A program made the position numbers and the translations under genes. The notes under the pieces were generated by a model. The model was given only the letters and a program-made list of their open reading frames with translations. It did no database searches and was not told the origin of the DNA. DNA of 64,000 nt from an uncultured Oscillospiraceae bacterium. GTDB lineage: Bacteria; Bacillota; Clostridia; Oscillospirales; Oscillospiraceae. The DNA is taken from assembly GCA_964406615.1 (NCBI GenBank), contig CAYOSI010000008.1, forward strand, positions 4,031-68,030. The letters run 5' to 3'. Position 1 is the stretch's first letter. Every line of letters starts with the position of its first letter. Shown piece after piece: positions 34,777-43,113 of the stretch.

Positions 34777-36960
34777 CTATCCGTTCAATTCCCTGTATTC
34801 AGAGGGCGTCATGCCCGTAACGCGGCGGAAATTTCGGGAGAACGTGACGGCGTTGGCGTAGCCGCAGATCTCGGCAACGCCTGCGACAGTCCGGTTCTTC
34901 TCCATAAGAAGGGGCTTTGCCTTCTCCACGCGATGGGCGTTGATGTACTCGGAGATCGTGGTGTTCAGCTTTTTGCGGAACAGACGGGACAGGTGCTGAA
35001 CGCTAACGCCGGTAGACTCGCATACGATCGGTATGCTGAGGTTCGGATCGGCCAGGTTTTCCGCGATATATGCTTCTGCCCGGATGACCGGGTCCTCACT
35101 GCCAGCATCCAACGCCTTCCGGCTCAGATACGCAAATACTTCCTCTGTCGCTCGGTTAAGCGAGGAAATGGAATTGGCACTGCGAAGTCTTTCGGCTGCG
35201 GCGCTTACTGTCTCGTCCGAAAGCCCGCTGGATAGGACCGCGTCGGATAAAAGACCCGCGATGGTGTAGATCCGTTCCTGGGCATGGGAATAATGCTGCC
35301 GACTTTTCGCTACATGATCCTCCAGGATCGTGGCGACCATGGAAGGAACAAACTCATATTTCTCCAGAAGCAGCGTGTTGGAAAGGACCTGCAGCTGCTT
35401 CATATATTCTCCGCTGGGCAGAACGCCTGTTCCGGCCAGAACCTCCTCCTGCATGAGAACATCGGCATTGCTGTCCACCGCCTGATGGAAGCCGAAGAGA
35501 TTGCGGGACTCCTGGTATGCGGTTTTCAGTGCCTCCGGTGCGGGGACCCGGGAGCTGATCATGGCACAGAGGTCGAAGCCATACTCCGATTCGATGAGGG
35601 AAACGGTCTCCAGCACGGCGGTCCGTATGGAACTGGATAGGACATCCTGCTCCGACAGGGAGAGTACGGCGCAGTAGTTTCGATCGATATGGGTGACGGC
35701 AGTTTCAAAGCTGCCGCCGGAGAACTGGGATAGGGTAGAGCGGAGGATGAGACAGGTCATGTCCTCATTCATGGCTGGTGAGGTGTCCTCTATAATACCC
35801 CGTCCGCCGCTGACGTTGAACAGGACTGTATAATATCCGGCGCTGTTTTCCGGAAGGCTGGCCTCATGGAGCTGCTGGGCGGGGATCGCTCCGGCGAAGC
35901 CGCCGTTCAGAAGACGGGTCAGGGCCTGATGCTGGCGCTCGGTGCGGGATCGATCCCGGTAATCGGAAAGGGAGGTGCGGATGGTATTCATGATCTCATC
36001 GTAGGTGGGATCGCCGTCCGGGGATTGAGGCAGACCGTCGATGAGGGCGGTCATGGCCTTATAACGGCGCATGGAAACAGACCGCAGGTAAATCATGCCC
36101 ACGATGAGAAGCAGGGCGAAATAGATGATGAATACGCCCATAACGGTCCAGAGCGGCGCGTAAAAGCTGCGGGTGGGGATGGCGGTCAGGTAGGTGAAGC
36201 CATCCTGCTCCATGTAAAAGCAACGCACGCGGGTGCCTACGAGCTCGCTGACCGCGTCAGCGCTCCGCCAGTTGATGCCGGGGTGATTCGTCACGATGGT
36301 GGAAAGGCTGAACTCGTCGTTGAACATGCAGCAGAAGACATCGTTGTCCCGGTATATGGAGTGCAGAAAGGCGCGCATATCCAGCATGACCAGGATCGAA
36401 GCGAGCGCATCCCCGTCCTGGGAAAGGCAGAGTGAAACGTAATGGGGCGGGGTATAATTGTCGTTCAGGATGTGCCAGCCTGCCGTCTCGGCCAGGTCGA
36501 TCTCGTAGGAGTTGGGGATGATATCGCTGAGAAGGGCCGCGTCGTGCCTGTAGTTGTAATAGGTTTTCTCTGTGTAGATCCGTCCATGGGACGGGCTGAG
36601 GACATACAGGCTGCCGACATACTGGCTCTCGCCTGCATGATCGGACAGCAGGGAGCAGAGCTTCATCGAATCGACTTCTTCCGCCGGCATTTCGATGTCG
36701 GTCTGGAAGCGGCGGTCATTCAGGAGAGAATCACTGACCATCTGCAGCTCTCGCAGGATACCGGTGGTCTGCGCCTCAAAGCGCTGTGTGGCGATGGTTC
36801 CGACCTGATTGATCTGTCGAGAAACGACAACCTGAACGCAAATAAGCACTGCAATACCGAGGATCAGAGGCAGGATCAGGAGAAGGCTGAACTGTCTGGC
36901 ATAGCTTCTGTAGCTCTTATTGCGGCCGGTTTCGGCGCCGTCATAATTCCTGTGAAGCAT
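34777..36960 (-). CDS. membrane-spanning AraC-family regulator (TM - extracytoplasmic domain - TM - cytoplasmic domain - AraC HTH)
   Basis: TM segments LLLILPLILGIAVLICVQVVV and LWTVMGVFIIYFALLLIVGMIYL. The C-terminal AraC HTH reads SEYINAHRVEKAKPLL...VAEICGYANAVTFSRNFRRVTGMTPSEYR. ATG at 36960 follows AGGGG. The GTG at 37020 lacks an RBS. Confidence 0.8.
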   Translation of the reverse strand: MLHRNYDGAETGRNKSYRSYARQFSLLLILPLILGIAVLICVQVVVSRQINQVGTIATQRFEAQTTGILRELQMVSDSLLNDRRFQTDIEMPAEEVDSMKLCSLLSDHAGESQYVGSLYVLSPSHGRIYTEKTYYNYRHDAALLSDIIPNSYEIDLAETAGWHILNDNYTPPHYVSLCLSQDGDALASILVMLDMRAFLHSIYRDNDVFCCMFNDEFSLSTIVTNHPGINWRSADAVSELVGTRVRCFYMEQDGFTYLTAIPTRSFYAPLWTVMGVFIIYFALLLIVGMIYLRSVSMRRYKAMTALIDGLPQSPDGDPTYDEIMNTIRTSLSDYRDRSRTERQHQALTRLLNGGFAGAIPAQQLHEASLPENSAGYYTVLFNVSGGRGIIEDTSPAMNEDMTCLILRSTLSQFSGGSFETAVTHIDRNYCAVLSLSEQDVLSSSIRTAVLETVSLIESEYGFDLCAMISSRVPAPEALKTAYQESRNLFGFHQAVDSNADVLMQEEVLAGTGVLPSGEYMKQLQVLSNTLLLEKYEFVPSMVATILEDHVAKSRQHYSHAQERIYTIAGLLSDAVLSSGLSDETVSAAAERLRSANSISSLNRATEEVFAYLSRKALDAGSEDPVIRAEAYIAENLADPNLSIPIVCESTGVSVQHLSRLFRKKLNTTISEYINAHRVEKAKPLLMEKNRTVAGVAEICGYANAVTFSRNFRRVTGMTPSEYRELNG

Positions 36961-37340
36961 AGACTTACCCCTATGGATGATTCTGAGAAAAACAGACGAA
37001 TAGGAACATGGTTTGCGCACAATATTTTATATCGTTTGACGAATTATCGCAAGGGAAATGACGAAAATCGGCGGTGAATGAGATAAAGAGTGCGAAGGTT
37101 AATAATTGTTCGTGCCCTGGGTCCATGAAAAAGTACGCAGATTGTACAAAGGTTCATGATTGACAGTTTACAAATTAACGATCCGAATGCTATGGTGGAT
37201 TTGCCCAAAGGAAACGGCGAAATAGGCAAACAAGACAATACAAAATCACCAACGTGAGAGAACCTTTATTAAATTGTAATACGGCCTGTCCCGGGCATAC
37301 ATCAGGGAAAATACATATTAAATGATAGGAGAGAACCAAA

Positions 37341-39041
37341 ATGAAGCGAATTCTTGCGATCGTCATGATGGCTGCGCTGATGCTGACCCTGTTCGTGGGC
37401 TGCGGCGGCGGAGCGGACACACAGGCTCCCGCGGCGGCCGAGGAAGCGGCCGCCCCGGCGGAAGCGGCTGCTCCCGCGGAAGCGGAGGCTCCGGCAGCAA
37501 ATATCGAGGAGAGCGACACCGTCGCTGTCGCGGCGACGGACGGATACCTCCGGGATAAGGTCACGGTCGCCATCAGCGGCGACGGCAAGACCTTCGATCC
37601 CTTCACCCCGCAGAGCAGCTGGGGCAAGGTGAAGTTCCCGCTGTTCCAGCTTTTGGCGGAGGTGGACTCCAAGGGTGAGATCCGTTACGTCATCCTGAAG
37701 TCCTTTACCGAGATCGATGACATGACCTACGAAGGCGAGATCTGGGACTGCGTGTACGATACCGCCGGCAACAACATCACCGCGGACGACGTGGTCTGGA
37801 GCATCCAAAAGTTCATCGACAGCGGCAACAAGGGCGGCGTCAACCGGCTGGAGAGCCTGGAAGTCTCCGGCGACTATACCTTTATCTGGCACTGCAGCGA
37901 GCCCTTCGGCCCCGGCGATATGGGGAAGAACCTGTCCAACTGCTCCATCGTCTGCCGCGAAACCTATGAGGCCATGGGGCCTGACGGCATGGCCTCCGAG
38001 CCCATCTGCACCGGCCCTTATATGCTGAAAGAATACGTCCCCGGCTCCTCTGTGACCCTTGTTGCCAACGAGGATTACTGGATGAAAAACATCCCCGATG
38101 AGCAGTGGCTTGCGGATAACAACTACGCGACAGGCTTCCAGAATGTCCGGGAGATCGAGTATCAGATCATCCAGGACGCCGGCTCCCGGGCCATCGCTCT
38201 GGAGATGGGCACGGTGGACGCGGTGGACTCCATGAATGCCGCCGATGTGGACTATTTCATCCAGAATCCCGACCTGGGCGTTATCCCCGTGGAGCTGCCC
38301 CAGGATCCCCCCGTGGCCTTCTACTTTGACTGCAACGAGGCCTCCCCCTGCTCTGATGTGAAGCTCCGTCAGGCCATCTGCTACGCCATTGATAATGCCA
38401 CGGTCGCGGAGGGGCTGGAGTTCCCCGCGCAGCCTGCCTACGGCATGCAGCCCCGCATGTACGACGCCCCCGAAAGCTGGACCACCGGCGAGGGCCGCGA
38501 CTATTACACCTATAATGTGGAGACCGCCAAGGCGCTTCTGGCGGAGTCCTCCTACAACGGCGAGACCCTGACCATCATGTACATGAACCAGCCTGCCATC
38601 ACCGACGCGGTCATTCTGGTGCAGGATGCGCTCAAGCAGGTAGGGATCACGGTGGATCTTCTCCCGGCGGACATCTCCGTTCTCAACGACTACAAGCTTG
38701 ACTTTACCAAATGGGACATGATGTTCGATATCATGGGCGGCGGCAACTATCTGAGCACCACGCTCAAGAAGTTCTGGACCGAGGACAGCAAGTCCATGAT
38801 GAACGGCCTGCAGGTCACCGGCATCGTGGATGAGCATCTGGATGATCTGTTCGTGGCGCTCAAAGATAACACGAATGACGAGACCATTTCCGCGTGGGAT
38901 GAATACTTCACCGACGAGATGTGCTATGGCTATGCCCTGTGTCTGTACTCGAACCAGACCGCCTGTCAGGCCGACGTGAACTGCGTCATCACCGGCGCAC
39001 AGAGGAACATCACGCCGCAAGCCTTTACCTTCGCGGACTAA
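37341..39041 (+). CDS. ABC substrate-binding lipoprotein, peptide/nickel (family 5) type
   Basis: Lipobox LFVGC followed by an Ala/Pro/Glu linker. 566 aa with SBP_bac_5-like sequence. RBS TAGGAGAG. Confidence 0.88.
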   Translation: MKRILAIVMMAALMLTLFVGCGGGADTQAPAAAEEAAAPAEAAAPAEAEAPAANIEESDTVAVAATDGYLRDKVTVAISGDGKTFDPFTPQSSWGKVKFPLFQLLAEVDSKGEIRYVILKSFTEIDDMTYEGEIWDCVYDTAGNNITADDVVWSIQKFIDSGNKGGVNRLESLEVSGDYTFIWHCSEPFGPGDMGKNLSNCSIVCRETYEAMGPDGMASEPICTGPYMLKEYVPGSSVTLVANEDYWMKNIPDEQWLADNNYATGFQNVREIEYQIIQDAGSRAIALEMGTVDAVDSMNAADVDYFIQNPDLGVIPVELPQDPPVAFYFDCNEASPCSDVKLRQAICYAIDNATVAEGLEFPAQPAYGMQPRMYDAPESWTTGEGRDYYTYNVETAKALLAESSYNGETLTIMYMNQPAITDAVILVQDALKQVGITVDLLPADISVLNDYKLDFTKWDMMFDIMGGGNYLSTTLKKFWTEDSKSMMNGLQVTGIVDEHLDDLFVALKDNTNDETISAWDEYFTDEMCYGYALCLYSNQTACQADVNCVITGAQRNITPQAFTFAD

Positions 39042-39125
39042 ACCGAAACACAAAGCAACCGACTTACATCCAAGGCGGCGCGGTACTGCCGCGCCGTCCT
39101 TTTGTTACCATGAAAGGACGCCGAT

Positions 39126-40094
39126 ATGGGCCGATATATAATCAAACGTCTGCTCATCACGATCCCGATCGTGATCTGTGTGGCGGTCATTATCTTCACC
39201 CTGCTGTATTTTACGCCGGGCGATCCGGCGCAGATGATCCTGGGCACTTCGGCCACTACGGAGGAGCTTGCCTCCTACCGGGAGTATCTGGGCCTGAACC
39301 GACCGTTCCATGTGCAGCTGGGTGAGTATCTCTATAATCTGTTTGTCAAATTTGATCTCGGCAACTCATGGGTGTCCAAGATGGACATCATGAGCGAGAT
39401 CCGTACCCGTCTGCCCCGGACCTTTGCCATCAGTATGTACAGCATCCTGGCCGGAGCGGCCTGCGGCATTCCCCTAGGGGTCATGGCGGCGGTCCATCAG
39501 GACGGCAAGGCGGACAAATTCGTTCTCGTCATGTCCAGCGTGATGCACTGCATCCCGGGCTATGTGATCGCCATGGTGCTGGTGGTGGTGTTCGCTCTGA
39601 AGCTCAAATGGCTGCCGGCCTATGGCATCGGAGGGTTCAAGTATTACATCCTGCCATGTCTGTGCATCCTGCTGGGCAGCTTCTCCGGCATGGCGCGCAG
39701 TATGCGCTCCAGTATGCTGGAGATCATCCGCTCCGATTTCGTGATGGCGGCGAGAGCGCAGGGCTTTTCCAAAAACATCGTGAACTACCGGCACGCCCTG
39801 CCGAACGCGCTCATCCCCATCATCACCCAGATCGGCGCACAGTTCGCCGGCGCGCTAGGCGGCACGATGATCCTGGAGACCATCTTCTCCATCCCCGGCA
39901 TGGGCCTCTATATCACCGGAGCGATCAACAGCCGGGACATCCCCATCGTGACGAGCTCCGTGATCTTCCTTGCCATCTGGTTCTGCCTCGTGATGCTGGC
40001 GGTGGACATCGTATACGCGCTGATCGATCCCCGGATCAAGGCGCAGTATGAAGCCCAGGGGAAATCCCATAGAAGGAGGCAGGCGGCAAAATGA
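39126..40094 (+). CDS. ABC permease (OppB/DppB/NikB-like)
   Basis: The N-terminus YIIKRLLITIPIVI and the EAA-type loop are typical. Confidence 0.9.
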   Translation: MGRYIIKRLLITIPIVICVAVIIFTLLYFTPGDPAQMILGTSATTEELASYREYLGLNRPFHVQLGEYLYNLFVKFDLGNSWVSKMDIMSEIRTRLPRTFAISMYSILAGAACGIPLGVMAAVHQDGKADKFVLVMSSVMHCIPGYVIAMVLVVVFALKLKWLPAYGIGGFKYYILPCLCILLGSFSGMARSMRSSMLEIIRSDFVMAARAQGFSKNIVNYRHALPNALIPIITQIGAQFAGALGGTMILETIFSIPGMGLYITGAINSRDIPIVTSSVIFLAIWFCLVMLAVDIVYALIDPRIKAQYEAQGKSHRRRQAAK

Positions 40095-41002
40095 ATGAAG
40101 TGACGGGAAAAAACAGCATCGACACAGGGCTTCGCCTGGAGGACGATATCCGGCTGAAAAAGGAAACGAACTTCAAGCAGATGCTCAAGCGGCTGGCCAA
40201 AAACAAGCTGGCTGTCACCGGCGGCATCGTATTTCTGATCCTGTGCCTCATTTCCCTGTGCGCGCCTCTGATCGCGCCTTATGACTATTCCGCCATCGAT
40301 CCCGCCAACAAATATCTGCGGCCCTGCGCCGAGCATTTGTTCGGCACGGATCAGTACGGACGGGACATCTTTTCCCGCGTCATCTACGGTGGGCGCTGGA
40401 GCCTGACGCTGGGCCTCGCATCCACGCTGGTCAGCACGTTCCTGGGCGTCATCGTCGGCTCTGTTGCGGGCTATTTTGGAGGTAAGGTGGACATGGTCAT
40501 CATGCGCTTTATCGACATCGTCCAGTGCATCCCTGGCATCCTGCTCACGATCTGTATCTCCGTGGTCCTGGGCTCCGGCGTGGTCAACACCGTCATTGCC
40601 ATGTCCTTCGGCAGTATATGGGGCACGGCGCGCATGCTGCGAGGACAAATCCTCATGGTGCGCGAGAGCGAATATGTGGAGGCGGCGAGGGCCACCAATG
40701 TCAGCTCCTTCCGCACCATTGTGAAATACGTTCTGCCGAACTCCATCCAGCAGACTATCATCGGCGCCTGCATGAGCATCGGCGGCATGATCACCCAGAT
40801 CTCCGGCCTGAGCTTTCTCGGTCTCGGCGTGCAGCCGCCTCTGCCGGAATGGGGCGCCATGCTGAGCGACGGCCGGAACTTCCTTCGATATTATCCCAAT
40901 ATGCTGCTAGCTCCTTGCATCATGATCGCATTGACGATCCTCTCCATCAGCCTCTTTGGCGACGGGCTGCGTGACGCCATGGACCCCCGTATGAAAGATT
41001 GA
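40091..41002 (+). CDS. ABC permease (OppC/DppC/NikC-like)
   Basis: Contains HLFGTDQYGRDIFSRVIYG. ATGA overlap with the upstream gene. Confidence 0.9.
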   Translation: MNEVTGKNSIDTGLRLEDDIRLKKETNFKQMLKRLAKNKLAVTGGIVFLILCLISLCAPLIAPYDYSAIDPANKYLRPCAEHLFGTDQYGRDIFSRVIYGGRWSLTLGLASTLVSTFLGVIVGSVAGYFGGKVDMVIMRFIDIVQCIPGILLTICISVVLGSGVVNTVIAMSFGSIWGTARMLRGQILMVRESEYVEAARATNVSSFRTIVKYVLPNSIQQTIIGACMSIGGMITQISGLSFLGLGVQPPLPEWGAMLSDGRNFLRYYPNMLLAPCIMIALTILSISLFGDGLRDAMDPRMKD

Positions 41003-41014
41003 GGTATTTGTGCT

Positions 41015-42145
41015 ATGGATGAAACAATAATCACAGAAAAAACCTCCGAGGAAAAACGGGGACATCACGACCATCATGAGAGGCGTCTCCACAAAAAGGA
41101 GCATCATGGCGAGAAGCACGGCGAGCATCCCCATCATCGTCATGACGGCACGTTTCTGCGGGTGAAAAACCTGTGGGTGGAATATACCGCGGGCAAGCGC
41201 ATCGTTCACGCGGTGAACGGCATTTCCTTCGACATCAAGCGCGGTGAGTCTCTGGGTGTGGTGGGCGAGTCCGGCTGCGGAAAGAGCACTATCGCGAAAG
41301 CGCTTTTGCGCATTCTGCCGGATCACGGCGCCCGGATTGCCGGGGGCGAGATCTGGTTCAAGGGGCAAAATCTGGTAGAGCTGCCCGAGGCGGATATGGA
41401 GCATATCCGCGGCGCGCAGATCTCCATGATATTCCAGGATCCCATGACCGCTCTGAACCCGGTCAAGCGCATTCTGGATCAGGTGGCGTCGGTCATCCGG
41501 CTCCATACCCCCGGTATGAGCAAAAAGGAGTCCGAGGCGGCCGCCATTGATATGCTGAAGACCGTTGGCATCAAGGAAGACCGCGTGCGGGAGTACCCCC
41601 ACCAGTTTTCCGGCGGCATGCAGCAGCGTGTAGAGGTGGCCATCGGCCTCTCCTGCCACCCGGATCTGCTTCTGGCCGACGAGCCCACCACGGCCCTGGA
41701 CGTGACAATTCAGGCGCAGGTGCTCGACCTCATCCGCGATCTGATGGAAAAGCAGAACACGACGCTTCTGCTCATCACCCATAACCTGGGTATCGTGGCG
41801 GAGATGTGCGATTATGTTGCGGTGGTCTACGGCGGCGAGATCGTGGAGTACGGCTCCAAGCGGGAAGTATTCAAAAACCCCAGCCATCCCTATACCATCG
41901 GCCTGTTCGGCGCGGTACCCAGCATGCAGTCCGCCGGGCAGCGTCTGAAGCCCATCGACGGCGTCATGCCCGATCCCAGCGATCTGCCCGCGGGCTGCAA
42001 GTTCCACACCCGCTGCCCCTATGCCACACCGGCGTGCAGCGAAGGGAACGTCCCTGTGGTCGATCTGGGCGGAACCCACCGCTGCCAGTGCCATAACATC
42101 GAGGCGGTCCGCGCCGCGCAGGAGAAGGAGGAGGTGCAGGTATGA
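41015..42145 (+). CDS. ABC ATPase (OppD/NikD-like) with ~45-aa His-rich N-terminal extension
   Basis: [17 protein letters not shown] and [12 protein letters not shown]. The N-terminus reads [42 protein letters not shown] lies 9 nt upstream, and there is no alternative downstream start. Confidence 0.88.
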   Translation: MDETIITEKTSEEKRGHHDHHERRLHKKEHHGEKHGEHPHHRHDGTFLRVKNLWVEYTAGKRIVHAVNGISFDIKRGESLGVVGESGCGKSTIAKALLRILPDHGARIAGGEIWFKGQNLVELPEADMEHIRGAQISMIFQDPMTALNPVKRILDQVASVIRLHTPGMSKKESEAAAIDMLKTVGIKEDRVREYPHQFSGGMQQRVEVAIGLSCHPDLLLADEPTTALDVTIQAQVLDLIRDLMEKQNTTLLLITHNLGIVAEMCDYVAVVYGGEIVEYGSKREVFKNPSHPYTIGLFGAVPSMQSAGQRLKPIDGVMPDPSDLPAGCKFHTRCPYATPACSEGNVPVVDLGGTHRCQCHNIEAVRAAQEKEEVQV

Positions 42146-43110
42146 GCACGCTGCTGGAACTGAAAGGCCTCAAACGCTATTTTGATACGCCCAAGGGCAA
42201 GCTCCACGCGGTGGACGATATCAACATGTCCTTCGAGGAAGGCACGACCATGGGCGTGGTGGGCGAATCCGGCTGCGGCAAATCCACCCTGGCCCGGACG
42301 ATCATCCACCTGCAGAATCCCACAGACGGGCAAATTCTGTATAAAGGCGAGGATATCACCTACCCCAATCGGAAGCAGCTGAAACGGCTCCGGGAGGAGA
42401 TGCAGATCATCTTCCAGGACCCCTACAGCACCCTGAACCCCCGCTATACGGTGGAGGATACACTCAAAGAGCCGCTGGTCCTGTCCGGACAGTATGAAAA
42501 GGCATCCCTCGATAAGCAGATCACAAAGCTCATGGACATGATCGGCATTTCCGGGCGGCTGCGCATGGCGTATCCCCATGAGCTTTCCGGCGGCCGCCGT
42601 CAGCGCGTGGGCATCGGGCGGGCGCTGGCCATGAACCCCAAGTTCATTGCCTGCGACGAGCCGGTGGCGAGTCTCGACGTGTCCATCCAGGCGCAGATCA
42701 TTAATCTGCTGGAGGACCTGCAGAAGGACTTTGGCCTGACGTACATGTTTGTGACCCACGACCTGAGCGTGGTGCGGCATATCTCCCACAACATCAGCGT
42801 CATGTATCTGGGGCAGCTCGTGGAAACGAGCCCCTCGGAGGAGCTGTTTTCCAACCCGCTGCACCCCTACACGAAGGCGCTGATCTCCGCGATCCCGTCC
42901 ACGGATATCGACGCTCCCCGAAAGCGCATTCGTCTCCAGGGGGAGCTGATGAGCCCCATCAATCCCGAACCCGGCTGCCGTTTCGCTCCGCGATGCCCGT
43001 ATGCGGCGGAAGCATGCTCTCAGCCGCAGAAGCTGGAGGAGATGGCTCCCGGCCATTTCGTTGCCTGCTGCCGGGCAAAGGAACTGAATGAAAACGATCA
43101 GGAGAACTGA
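42142..43110 (+). CDS. ABC ATPase (OppF/NikE-like)
   Basis: [17 protein letters not shown] and FIACDEPVASLD. ATGA overlap with the upstream gene. Confidence 0.9.
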   Translation: MSTLLELKGLKRYFDTPKGKLHAVDDINMSFEEGTTMGVVGESGCGKSTLARTIIHLQNPTDGQILYKGEDITYPNRKQLKRLREEMQIIFQDPYSTLNPRYTVEDTLKEPLVLSGQYEKASLDKQITKLMDMIGISGRLRMAYPHELSGGRRQRVGIGRALAMNPKFIACDEPVASLDVSIQAQIINLLEDLQKDFGLTYMFVTHDLSVVRHISHNISVMYLGQLVETSPSEELFSNPLHPYTKALISAIPSTDIDAPRKRIRLQGELMSPINPEPGCRFAPRCPYAAEACSQPQKLEEMAPGHFVACCRAKELNENDQEN

Positions 43111-43113
43111 ACT

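Noticed and set aside
36961-37020. Longer AraC ORF starting at 37020, and likewise the 28007 start for the reductase and the 20962 start for the MBL gene
   Set aside because: These are GTG codons without usable Shine-Dalgarno spacing. Downstream ATGs have better RBS context. The reductase start remains uncertain.
37302-39053. 583-aa minus-strand ORF
   Set aside because: It runs antisense to the family-5 substrate-binding lipoprotein, which has a lipobox, a linker and an SBP-like sequence.
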